Below are positions 39,380-52,556 of a stretch of 64,000 nt of DNA, piece after piece. The notes beneath the pieces are model-generated. The model saw only the letters and a program-made list of their open reading frames with translations. It made no database searches and was not told where the DNA came from. Numbering within the stretch: the stretch's first letter is position 1; each line of letters starts with the position of its first letter. Origin of the DNA: Paragordius varius (Eukaryota > Animalia > Nematomorpha); the NCBI GenBank assembly GCA_964247055.1, contig OZ176050.1, forward strand, positions 7,130,001-7,194,000. The letters run 5' to 3'. Made by a program: the position numbers and the translations under genes.

Positions 39380-42300
39380 TTTTGGTTATAAGATTTATTT
39401 AAGTTTTCTAACTTTGGCATTAATAGACATATTTCGAGCTGAGTAAACTCCCAATTAGAAATAAGCAGTCCGAATTTGTGTGGCACAATGTAATTAAGCA
39501 CACCTGGTAGTTAAACCTACTTTCATAAAATTTAAAGAGCAAAATATAGGATTTTTGTAAAACGAAACGAAATAAACTAATCAATTGGCACAAACAAAAA
39601 AATTACATATATAGTCAGACTTTTTTAACCATTTATGCCCATTGAATATTTAAATCCATAGATGTCATCAATTAAAAAAATTGGTCTTTGCTAAAAACGC
39701 TTGTTTAATCTTCTTGGGTGTTTTTTTATTCATTAGATAAAAATAAAAACATTTTAGGGAAAAAAGTGCACAATAATATTTTATTGCATTTTGGAATATC
39801 ATATTTGACTACCAACGAATGTTGACAATTGATTAAAAGCTTATAATTGAAAATATTTTGATTTATCTTTTTGGGACTCTCTAGAAATATCCAAGCAAAG
39901 TACATTTTGTAAATGGATAATTTAAAATTTTAAATAATTAAGGTTATTGTTGATTTTATAAATATATGTATTCTAACATATTAAATACTAACCTAATGAA
40001 CTAATAAAAAAATTAAAGTTAAAGTTGAATTAAACCAAGTTTTTAAATATATATATATATATATATATGCATTAATTATAATCATAATGGATCACAACTG
40101 CGTTTTATATTTTATGAATATGAGTGCACATTCTTTACAAAAATATTAAAATCGTGCATTTTTTATGTGCCTGCATCAAAAATCGTTTTTCAATTGTTTT
40201 TCGATGATGTATTTGAAGAAAACCATGGTGTATAAATGCATAATACGCATGTATTCTAATCAAAAATTAACTGTACTTTAGCAAAAGCTTTTCAACATCA
40301 TAGCTAAAATTAAACAGTGTTGTTGGCAGATAGACTTGTTGTATACATCCACAATATTGTATGCAGATAACATTTAACTAGCTATATTATTGGCTACAAG
40401 AGATATTTTAAATTGGTTAGAGTAAAATGTTGTAGCGTATGCCTCAGTGGATTTAATTTTTTCGCATACTAGAATGAATCAAAAGACTCTTTAACCAAAA
40501 TTATTTCTACTGCATGTAAATTACAAATCTTATTTATATATTGAAGGTATAGATATCGCATATATATCCTTTTTATATAACACATTTTTTATCATTTTTT
40601 TCTTTATAACATAATTTTAACGATTAGTTAATACAATGCGGTTAAATTTTGTATGATATAAATTAAAAATATGAATTTCAATTTTTTGCAATCAAAAACC
40701 TTTTAACAATAATAATGGTAAATTAAATACATTCGATAATTATCATTTTATATTACTAAAAATATGTTGGATTTTTTCGGATTGAAAACCATTTTTTAGA
40801 AATTGAAATTTGATCATTTTTTATTTTGTTTAAATTTATTTACTCAAGATTTTTTATTGCCAAAAAGGGTATATAGCTAACACAAGTTTTTAATTAACTA
40901 ACACGCTATTTTGTGATTCCTATATATATATATATATATATATATATCATTTTTTAAATCTGGTAACTTTTTCGAAAAAAATATTTTTCGATTAAATTTT
41001 AAGTCTAAATATAAAGAACAATATTTTGTTTCGTAAAAGAATGCCTCTTTTAAAATATGACTGAAATGGGAAATTAAATTAAACTCTAATTGTTTTTCTT
41101 GTATTGTGAGAGAGTTGGTTAGGTCCCAACACACACACACACACACACAACACTCACACGTTAATTTGAAAAAAAAACTAATTGAGTCTTTTTAAAGCAA
41201 AAAGCAGCTATCAAAGTTAATCTAATCTCCCTCTATATATATATAAAAATTAATATAATATCAAATTTTGATGACCAGACGCCAAAAAACTTTATTACGC
41301 AAAAAAAAGTTTAAATGTTTTTTTTATTTTGTTAAAGGATCAAATTAAAAATAATGTTTCACAATTTGGTTAAACCTTGCTTTTTCCCCTTCAAAGAAAA
41401 AGTTAATATAAAAACTTATTTTAAACCAACAACCATAAATCAATTGGAAATTACAACGATAAAATTTGGAGGAGCGAATCCTATATACAATAATATATAA
41501 TTATATATAAAAGGGAAGGATTAATTGTATCAGTCACAATTACATCATATGAAATTAATTATGAAAATAAATTTTCGGACATAAATAAATTCCCCATAAC
41601 AATATGTATCTATAAACCCTTATTAGAGAGATAGAGAGACTATCAATTGTCAAAATATTGTAGTAGGATTTATGAAAGTGGTTGGCACATTAGTAATTGA
41701 AATATAATTGAAGGAAAAAACATTTTTATGTTCTTAAAATCAGAAATCAAAACAAAAAATGGGGAGTTTAGTATGGGAGAGGAAGGTTTTAAAACATCCA
41801 TTTAGCTTAATTGATTCGGAAGCAATTTGGCCAATTACACTGCGCACAGATCCACAAATCCTATAATTACAAGCAAGTATAATTATTTTTATCATAATAT
41901 CATAATTATTATTATGGCGTAAGCCGATCCTGATTTATTTCCTCATTTTATCTAATAAATAGACAAAAATGTAATTATAAAAAATGGTTTTTGTGTTAGG
42001 CATGTAGTATGCCGTTTGATTTACCTTAATCCAAAACAATTAGTTAAAATTGTTTTAAAATATAGCATTTAATATTTGTAAGTAGCAGCAGGATAAAAAC
42101 AGACATTTATGGATGGCTTAATAAACATTGATAAATGAATGATGCTTTTAAATATATTGCATGTTCCGTTTGTTCGTATTATTGTTATTAAACTTGGTTA
42201 CATATATATATATATATATTTGATAACCAATCTGACAATATTACAATTAAATAAGGCATATAAATTTTTATAATATATTTATTTGACAAGATCTACGAAA

Positions 42301-45300
42301 GATCAATAACACTAATCTATGAGGAATTGTTGAATATCGGCTTTTTATAGTTATTAAAATTAATTAATAAAAGCTTAATATTTGGTGATTTAAAAAAATA
42401 TCCAAAATTTACTCAATTATCATGACTTGACATTGAAACTAAAATTAGAATCATTTATATAATAACCGGTCCAGGCCTTTGAATTTAAAATTGATTCTTT
42501 GAAAATAATCAAATACATATGGACTTTAAAAAATCAAAACAACTGCTTTAGTTATGTTTCTGATCGATTTTGGTGATTCAAAACTCATTCTCACTAACTC
42601 AAATTGCTTCCATCCCTGATATCGAAAAATCTAAACCTCTAATGTTCGCAATGAAATAAATTAACCATTATCATTAAATTTTATGAATTATAAACCAAAT
42701 TGTAAACGAAAATGATTGAAACTGAGTGTGTGAAGTGGCATTGGTTAAATTCCAAAACTGCCCAATTATTCCATCATTGTGAATTGACCTTGAGCAGACG
42801 AAACTTTCACAAGTCCTGATATTAAGTCCTTACCCTTTAATAAAAAAAGAAATAAGACTTTAGTGATTGTTTAGCATTGTAAGCAAAATAATGGGGATTA
42901 GGGTAAATAAAGGTATATTGGATTTTAAGTTTGATTATCTCAAGATATGAAACGTGAAAATTAAACGGTAGGTAAACCAAAAATATGATGTTGCCTAATT
43001 TTATAACCAAATTTTACCCATATGACCAAACAAATGGATATTTAAAATCTTTAGATTTCCCAAATCAGTTTTATTTCTAACATAGTTGTATAAACAACCC
43101 AAAAGTCTAATTTCTATAATATAATTTGCATCTCCGTCTAATTAATATTAAAAAAATGTAATTTAGCACAATTGCATGTGAAATCTCAAGTCAAATAGTT
43201 GTGTCGTTGACGAAGGATAAGCTCAAAACTACTATTATTATTATTGAGAAGAGATATTAACATATCATCTGCGTTTTATTGAAAATTATTTTCTGTTTTT
43301 CAGTTTAAAGTAAACTTATTAATATTAATTTAGAGATTGTAATATTATCTTAGTCGATTGATTGGAAACTAATTAAATTATTTTTCTTGTTTTTAGTATG
43401 ACCTATATTAAAAACTGTATTAGTTATGCGTGCTAAAATTTCTTATATGTTAAATTACCTATTTTATTAGACATTTCGTAATGTATTTTCTAATTTTCTC
43501 AATAGGGTCCCAGGTGTTAAAAATAGCTTGATGTCTCAAATCTAGTTCAAATATCGTTCTTTTCATCTAAAATGTGTACTGATTAGAAATATTTTTTTGG
43601 AAATCCTATAGCAAATAGTTCAATTATTTGTCCAGTTTTTACCAAGGATTAAATCACGATTATTTTATATATTAGCCTTCGTTTATCGACATTCTATGTA
43701 CAAATGGAGAAATTTTTTAAATATGCGATCTCAAAATTATGTTTTGTTAAAATTTAATCCTTTTATGATGCGCTGGTCATGGTTCTATTTATCAAGTTAA
43801 CTCCTGATTCTAACTTCACCTTCTCTGAAAATATCTTGTGAGATATTTTCTGGAAAACGTATTGACTCGATTATTTACCAATTATAATAAAACTCTTTTT
43901 TAGAATTGCATCCTTTAAAATACGGTTATATGTTTTCAATTTTTAAAAAAATGTGCCATATAAAGTTAACAATCTAAAATACCTATCCCATTATTCTATT
44001 TAAACGCTTAGAAAAAAAATATTGGCTTTGAAGCACTTGTCCCTTAAATGTGTGAGATCATATCTTTCAATGTTGCGAAAAAATCGGAATCTTTACATTG
44101 TTTGAAGAACGTATAAGCTTGTGATGAGCCCTTTTTTAAACCGGATTTTATCATTACCCTCTGTAAATAATGAGCCTTAAAGAGTCATAATTTTAAAAAC
44201 AAGTATAATTGGTTTTAGCTATTACATATACAAATGCACCAATTATGTCCAGCCATTTTTTTATCACCTCCTAAGTTTAACAAATCAAAAGTGGGATAAG
44301 ATTGTTTAAACGCAGTTGAATATTCAAATTAAAAATTAGAAACTTATACTTCATTTACATTTGAATAAGGCACGGACGATTTTGAATATAGCTGTCTGTT
44401 TGACCCGATTCACAGATGAGAATGACAAGGTATAACCCATTCGAAAAAGGTTTGTTACTAATTATTCATGTGCACTAAAATGGGTTAGTTTAATGAATCA
44501 GCACCTGCTTAGTTACTCCACTGTAAAAGGACAATATTACAAAATACAAGTTTGAATAAATTAATGTTTCACTAAGGTTCTAAATATCGTGATATTTATG
44601 TAGGTCATATACCAAATCTATTTTAGGTAATAACAAGAAATTCTGACTTAAAAATCGGACTCATTTTATTTTAATAATGGCCATATGGATTTAGTTTCAA
44701 ACGACTTGAAATAAAACGCTAAAAAATAATTATAAGAATGTATTTTGTAACTAATATTTTTTTCAGGGTTGTCAAAAGACAACGGTGGGTTTTTTAAATA
44801 TTGTTTTTGAGCCATATTTTTATGAATTATATCAATATTAAAGAAACAAATAAATTGTGATTGTTTCGATATAAAATTATTTCGTAGAAATGGCGTTTAA
44901 ACTCTATTTTTCAACATTTCATATATAACCGATATGGAGAAATAATAAATATCTTTAAAGGAAACTTTAAACAATTCGTATATGTACAATAATACTATCA
45001 AAAAATAGTTAAAATTTTTCCAACAAAACATATGTTGCTGTTAATCAATTTTTATTTTAAAAATATGATCTAATATTAATAAAAAACTGGGCATGTAAAT
45101 TAAATACTTCAATATTATTGGACTACTAAGAATATATTTTTTAATTTACAGCGGTAAGGCAGAAAACTGACTACTAAGATATTGGGTTGGTCATGTCGTA
45201 TAATTTATAAAAATTCAGTATATTATCTCCTCTGAATAATAAATACCTAGCTTTTCGGGTAAAACCTATATGGAAAACCTGGGTTATAATATCATCATAG

Positions 45301-45650
45301 ATATATATTACTCAATAGAGTACAATAACTTATAATAAATACCGATAATATCATTTTGAAATGAAATACACCTAAACAATAACCAATAACCTATTTTTTT
45401 TAATTTATTTTAAATTAACACCAATATTTGTCCTTTTTGGTTTTAACTAAATTAAGCAAAAAAATATTATATATTTGTAATATTATAATTAGGGATATCA
45501 AAATAAAGAAAGCTAAATATTCTTTGTGTTAAACTACTCTTTTAAATAATTTTATAAAACTAAAAACAAATATGATATAATATCATATAGAACTGTTGTA
45601 TCTGATAACCATTTTTATTTATTACTATGGCGCTTATATATTACTATTCT

Positions 45651-46697
45651 TCAATTTACAGTCGTGGATGTATTGAAATTCTCCGCCGAAATTATTGAAG
45701 GCGATGGTTTAATAAATGACTTTGCATCAAGTATGGCAAAACTATTGGCATATCTCATATCGTCTTTCCGTATTTGATTGAGCCATTTCGATCTCACCGA
45801 TTTCCAAACAGCTGTGTGAGACTCCAGATTAATCGCATTCTACAATAAATTTTATTTGCATACATATAATTTTAAGCCATGAAAATTGTTGGGATTGAGT
45901 AGGTAAATACTTTTATCAGCTCAGAAAAATATTTAAAAAGCAGCAAGTGATTATTAAATGTCAAAAATTTTACGTAGTATAAATATAAAACACATAACCA
46001 TTAAAGCTACAAAACATTGCCTTACTTATCCATAATATTAAATAACAATTACATCTATTATTATTATTATTACATTTTAGTGTTGTATATAATAATTACG
46101 TACAGTTTCACCACCAATCATTGATAACGAGTTACGCTCTTCACTACTTAGCGGTTTGGCTATTCTTGGATGTTTTAACCCTTCAATATTTTCCCAAGGG
46201 ACTGGTGGAGGTAATCTACTCTCTGAGACTTCTTTCGTAATGTTTGGCGCTTTTTCCATCGCTTTTAATCGATTTAATTTGGCTAGAGACCAATATCGAC
46301 ACTGCTCATAAAGGGAACTCTGGATCTGAGTTTGCTTATTATCGAGCGTGGTGTCCTGATTACCAAATGTGCGTTCAATTTTCGGTTTTTTGGCAGGACT
46401 TCGAATGATTTGTGTCTGAGATAAATTGTTAAGATTGTTATTTACATAGTGGGTCGGGGCTTCCGATTTAACGGTAGTGAAAGCCGTAATTCTTCTATTG
46501 AGATTCATATCATCCTGCGCTTGTTTGATTGGATGGGAGGGAGAATAATTTTTGAATTTAACGGTTGGCAAAACCTTCCTTGAGGGTGTTGTAGCTGAAG
46601 TTTTCTCATCTAGACTTGACTTTTTGGACGTTTGTTGAGACGACTCTGGAGATTTGAGGGGACTCCGTTTGACAGGAAACGTAATAAATTCATCATT
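45651..46697 (-). CDS. LIN37: LIN37 / Mip40 homologue (MuvB/DREAM core subunit); exons 46697(or ATG 46508)-46104 and 45839-45651
   Basis: Three motifs match human LIN37 in order and spacing: LYEQCRYW (LYPICRAW), LPPP...PRIAKPL (LPPP...SRIPSPL) and HTAVWKSVRSKWLNQIRKDDMRYANSFAIL ([30 protein letters not shown]). A phase-0 GTACGT..TAG intron at 46103-45840 joins them. The 5' end is unresolved. Confidence 0.85.
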
Positions 46698-47249
46698 CTA
46701 TGTTATATGTAATATTTTTAATTTGAAAGAAAATTTGTAAGAAAAAATTAATTTACGGATTAATGGGAACGTTGTTTATAGAGGTCAAATTTTTTACAAT
46801 ATCAAACTGATATATATATATATATATACAAGGATAACATTCGGATGTTTTGTATGTCACTCAATCGTTAATTGTTTCAAATTCAATGAACACGGGTTAT
46901 GTTCAAAAACCGTTTTATAACATGACGCTAAATCAATTTATAATATTTATGTCTAATAGCATATTTCAAAACAATCTCACATTAGATAAAGAAGCTTAAC
47001 AAAACGAAATTAATTAGACAAAATTATTTTGTGATAAAAATTACACGATAAAATTTTGAAAGCGACAAAATTGTACGCTTCATTGCAATAATTAAGAGAA
47101 AATATTGGACCTACCTGCATATAATAAACAATATTTATGACAAATTTTAAATAAGAATAGTATTATGTATATACAATTTATTTAATAAAACACGAAAATC
47201 ACAAAAAAAAGTTATTAGTAATGTTGCGCGTGAAATACATTTAATCATC

Positions 47250-48821
47250 TCAAGTCCACGGGTAAAAATTGACATGGAGTGCAGATCCAATTAACGTAAA
47301 AAATGTCGCATACCAGAAGTAGAAAGGCATTATACGGTACAAAAGTTTTAAGAAATTAACAAGCGATATATTTTGCAGAGCATTTGACTTGCGTGAATCA
47401 TACTCTTCACTTTTGTCGAGCAGCGATTTTAAAAAACAAGCATTGAATGTTTGAGCTAAGTACACATAAAAGAAGGGAAAGGATGAACATATAACTCTTG
47501 TAGATATTTCAATGTGAGACATAAATACTAGCGTGTATAGGAGTAAAACACCATGAATAATGACGGGAAACAAGGGATTCCAAATAAACTTCCAAAGAAT
47601 ATTGGAGGTGTTTAGGGATAAAGATTTCACAACACAAGAAACGGCAAACTTAATTGACAAAACAAGGTACATCAATATGGGCAGGGCCAAAACGAAACAA
47701 GGTGCCTTTCGCCATTTAAAATAATGCAAAAATCCAACGTCCCAATACTTACGTTGTATGTTAAAATAAAAATGAGGCATCAACATTCTAAGTAACATAT
47801 TATATTTGGATGAACACCATTCAGGTTCAGTGTAAGAAATATTCAATGGCTCAAATGTTGTATTAATTTTATTATAGGCCTCAATTAAATTTGGAGAAAG
47901 TTTGTAATTTTGACCGATGCCATATTTAACAATATCAGCGATGTGTTCCACTGGATTATGTTGGCCAAAGTATCCTTTAGTTTTTCCGAAATCCTTAATC
48001 AAATGATTCTGTGGCAAACAAAAGGTTGAATGGGCATAAGCATTATACATAACAAGTGGTCCCATCACAAATATGATGCAAATCACAGATAAAATTAAAA
48101 ACTTAATCAAATTCCAGAATTTTAGCTTATTTTTTTCTATAAAATCGTAAAGTAATTGATAAAGTAGAGAATGAGCCAGGTATATTACATTGAAAACACC
48201 TATGAATCTTGTGCCTATGCTAAAGCCAACCAGTAAGGCCGATAATAAAGTAAACAGGTAATTATGATTTTTATAGGACTTGGATATCAAGTAAAAGGCC
48301 AAAAAAGATAAAAACATATAAAGAGATTCGGAATACAGCGTTGTGTAAAAGATTGTGGCTGGATTAATTATAAAAAACCATAATAAAACTTTTGTTTGTG
48401 ATAGTTGATAAATTGAAACGAATAAAAATATTCTTTGCAAAATCAACAATGTAAAATAATTTAAGAAAATATTAAAAAATATGCCTGTTAATATTAAATT
48501 ATTGAAGATATCAAAAGTTTTAATTAACAATGGAAAAATCGGAAAAAATGCTAAAAGGTGCTCATAGACATATCCGTTTTGTGCAATAAAATAAAAATAA
48601 CGAGCATCCCATTTTACAAATCCGTCAAGATAGTGATTAATTATATAATTAAATGCATCGGGTTTATGGTCAGAAACATAATTGTTAGCAAATGTAATAT
48701 AAAATAAATATAAAATTTTAAATGAGAAAAAGGTAATAAATACGTTAAATTTTGTAGAAGACGTTTTGATTCGAGATGAAACACGTATGGGACTTTGAAA
48801 ATCTTGAGACTTGGATGTCAT
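47250..48821 (-). CDS. PIGV: GPI mannosyltransferase 2 (PIG-V / Gpi18), intronless, 523 aa
   Basis: Motifs KWDARYFYFIAQNGYVYEHLLAFFPIFP, INPATIFYTTLYSESLY, IQRKYWDVGFLHYF, CFVLALP and C-terminal GSALHVNFYPWT, with multiple hydrophobic segments. AATAAA lies at 47182-47177. Confidence 0.95.
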   Translation of the reverse strand: MTSKSQDFQSPIRVSSRIKTSSTKFNVFITFFSFKILYLFYITFANNYVSDHKPDAFNYIINHYLDGFVKWDARYFYFIAQNGYVYEHLLAFFPIFPLLIKTFDIFNNLILTGIFFNIFLNYFTLLILQRIFLFVSIYQLSQTKVLLWFFIINPATIFYTTLYSESLYMFLSFLAFYLISKSYKNHNYLFTLLSALLVGFSIGTRFIGVFNVIYLAHSLLYQLLYDFIEKNKLKFWNLIKFLILSVICIIFVMGPLVMYNAYAHSTFCLPQNHLIKDFGKTKGYFGQHNPVEHIADIVKYGIGQNYKLSPNLIEAYNKINTTFEPLNISYTEPEWCSSKYNMLLRMLMPHFYFNIQRKYWDVGFLHYFKWRKAPCFVLALPILMYLVLSIKFAVSCVVKSLSLNTSNILWKFIWNPLFPVIIHGVLLLYTLVFMSHIEISTRVICSSFPFFYVYLAQTFNACFLKSLLDKSEEYDSRKSNALQNISLVNFLKLLYRIMPFYFWYATFFTLIGSALHVNFYPWT

Positions 48822-51800
48822 ATTGTATATTTAAATAAGTTATATCAAGAAAAGGGCAGACAACAATGAATTAAAATTAAAAAAATTTACATATCGCGGT
48901 TATGTCAAAAACGTACACATATGATTCAAATATTATTTTAATTTTTATAAGATAAATTAAAAAAGGGGCTAGTTGGATGCAACTATGGGTAATTTTTTAG
49001 TACAAGGATTATTTCAAAATCTCTCTTTGGGTAACTGTGTACACCCAGGGTTTATAAAATACATTACCTTTTTTATAAACTGAAATAAAATAAATATTAT
49101 ATAAAACGTGGCAGATTATTTTTTTTAAATAATAGTCTTGAAAATTTAAATACCCTGCTATAATCTTGCATAGCTTAAACTCCGGTCAACTTTTAGGTTT
49201 AAGCCAAAAAATATATTGATGGTGCTTTTGATTTGGATATTGATTGAAATTTAAGGTAACCTGCTTTATATCGGAAAATAGCAATGACTTGCTAAATAAC
49301 TTTTTTTTGGCGTAGGCTAAATACTTCATTACAAAAAATCACTAAAATATATCACACACTATAATATGTAAAAGCCAAATAATAATATAAAACTTCAAGT
49401 TTTAGATGTGGGTTAACCCGTCTAATATGGGAAAGTTTTTTAAAATCTAACCCAAATATGCTGAGATTACACGGTATAATTTTTTAATATTGCTCGAACG
49501 GGGGCACATCCTGATAAATATATATTATGCAGTGTCAGAATTGCCGTTACAAATGATTTAAAGAAGTAATTCACAATTTTGTGCTAATTGTTACATATTA
49601 TAAAATGGATTTGCGCACATTTTGATAATTTTTTTGGTTTGATTTATTCCAAAAAATTATTAAAATATGTCATAAACAATATATAAAAAGCAGTACAATA
49701 TTTTTAAATTTTTAGATGTGTCCAAAGGTTCCAAATCTTTTTGCTCTTCTAAATGGGTGAGATTGCGCCATAAAAAATTAAATCTACGCTAAATCTTGGC
49801 ATCAAAAAAGTTTCCTACCTAAAAATTACATATTTTTTTTTAAAATTTAATTAGCCTAATCATACTATTTTGTGGCAATGATGAAAGGGTATAAAAACGC
49901 TTTAAGATATTAAAACACTTTTTCTATATCATTCGATGATGAACATTTTCTGTCTCAAAATTTTAATTTAAAAATTAGTTTCCCTTCAAATTTAAACATA
50001 CAATATGTTTTCACAAATTTTTTTCCACGTTTATAAGTAAAGAATACTTTGTGATAACATTCTTTAGCACTATCAAATTAGAAAAACTGCTTTAACACTT
50101 CGATTCAAATTAGGGTATCTAAATACACCAGATAATATTTAAATTGATATTTTTAGAAAACTACCTGCCTAAGGCCAAAATAGCTAAAATTTTAAAAAAA
50201 ATTATTGTTTGTTTTTTAAATATACTATTATTATAACTATGATATTTTTTGGGATGAAAGAATAATTTAGTCGAAAATTTTTTATTAGACAAAATGTGCA
50301 AAAATTCCATTATTTTAGAGTAATTATCACAAAAATGTGAATAACTTTTTAAATCAATTATAAGGGTCAAAATCAAAAGGACCATTATTATTCTGATACA
50401 TCTTCTTATCATTATATATTTCAACAGTTTTTTCTGGTAACTGTACATATACCATTTGCATTTCAAGAGTGTCCTTGAAAACTTCAAGTTGGTCCTTAAA
50501 ATTTTTGAATTTTGATTTAACCATAATTATTGAATGTATTTCTTTAATTTATTATTTTTAACCTAATTTTCCTTATTTATTATATATTTGTTCATTAATA
50601 AATAAAACTTTTAGTTTAAAAACCACTTTTTTATTTCAAATTAATTTTTTTCCAATTTAACAAAATGATTAACTTAAAATGTTTTTTATAAAAAATTGTA
50701 AATAATAACCCAGAATACATTTATATATTTTAATTAGCTGTTATAATCTTATAGATATCCAAAATAAATTATAAATAAAGCTTTAAAATCACATTTTACT
50801 AGCAAATTTTTGAATTTTTATTTATTTTCATCAGCTGTGCGTATTAATCGTGTTTGGAAGTATCCAAATGTAGAAGTTAACTCTAAAATATAAGTTTTTT
50901 TATATTACACAACAGCGGGGTTAAATAATTGAATTTTAACCAAAACAACTCTCATAAATATCCAATTTTTAGCTCTGGGGTAAAACTACCCAATCGTTTG
51001 CGAAATAAGGTATTAAAGTGTTAAAGCACAAAACATATCTAAATCACCTTCGATTCCAATTAGACTATTAGATAACCCCAATCAGTTTAATTAATATTTT
51101 ACAAAATATGAGATGTATTAATACCATTTCAAAAATTTGTATAATAATGTTGTCCAAATTAATAAAAAGCGCATTCAAAATGACTTGATATTACTTATTT
51201 TATAGACAAGCCTGAATGTAAAAATTTAGACAACATGACATAAGGGCATGAACTAAATTAAAAAATAATGGGTTAACTTTTTTTCTGTCGATAATAGTGT
51301 TAGTGATCATATAAAGGATTAATATTTTTTACCGGTAGAACAAAAACGGTATTTAGTTGTGAAATAAAGATGGCGTAGAAGTGGTTTGAAAAGGAATACT
51401 TTTTTAATTTATATTATTATTATTATTAAGGAAAACTGTTTGAAAATGGGACTGCCTTTTTGTAGTTTTTTAACAAATATGCAAATTTAAAGGAAAAGTC
51501 AAACTCAGTATATTATGCATGGAAAGTTACATCTGTTTGTGCCATATTATATGTCCTATTATTATGATAAATTTAAATTATAAATTGCATTCTCAAAAAA
51601 GAAAATAACTAAAGTTTTTAGCCCAACTTTTAATGCTGCCTTTGACCGATAACAATGAACCTTGACAGGGCACGGCTAATATTTATAAAATAGGTTGTAA
51701 ATTATTAATTGTATTTGTGGTTTTTGTTCATTATTTATATATCCTTCATTAAATTTAGGATATGAGCTCAGCTAATATTCAAACATGGAAAAATATTGGA

Positions 51801-52556
51801 ATTAATTGATTGTAAAAATACTTATACTCTTTTGTAACATCAATAAAATATATAATATTAGTTGGAAAAAAATGAGCCACTGATTTTAATCAATAAATTA
51901 TTATTATTCCTATACTTTTGGGATGTGAAATACGGGCAGGCACGGGTAAGGTTATATTTATGCAGGTGTTATTATTAAATAAATCAAAATATTTTGGGAA
52001 ATGACATATATTTTTTAACATATTCTATTTTTACGAAATATGAACTTTAGGATATCCTTCATATTGTTATTCCTTTTAGCAGCGGAATCTTTTCTCGAAG
52101 GTTATTTTATTTATATTGGGAACAGAACATTATAAAAAGATAATTAATTGTGATCATTTTAATTTGGAAAATAATTAATTTTGCAAGGGTTTTTAGTATA
52201 ACTTTTCATCAAGGTATCATTAGGCTCATTTTTTAAGATTATCTTTTAAGGTATAAAAAATTAATTTATTAGGCCTGCATGTAACAATAGCCCTTAAGGC
52301 AAAACGTTTCTTTCCAATTATTTAGAACCTAGGTTACAATTATTTATAAAAGTGGTAAAATAATATTTAACAATTTTTAAGCATTAAGCCCTTGAATGTA
52401 TCCGAGTTTTGTAAGAACCTAGGACAGTTCGTCTTAACCTAGAAGCATATAAATATCATTTGTTTATCATAGCAAAATATCATGTTTAAAAAGAATCGAT
52501 AAGTAAAGAACTTATAAAATGGCGGTAAATTTATAAATTACTAAATAATTTTTTAG

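Noticed and set aside
40898-41146. 82-aa ORF MCVCVC...IYIYIY
   Set aside because: It is made from (CA)n and (TA)n microsatellites.
42400-44600. Possible decayed coding or transposase sequence
   Set aside because: It is slightly less AT-rich, but I could not recover any recognisable motif by hand translation.
50161-50487. 108-aa ORF (also 37970, 38597, 61297, 62743)
   Set aside because: Several use non-ATG starts, all have AT-noise composition, and none shows a domain.
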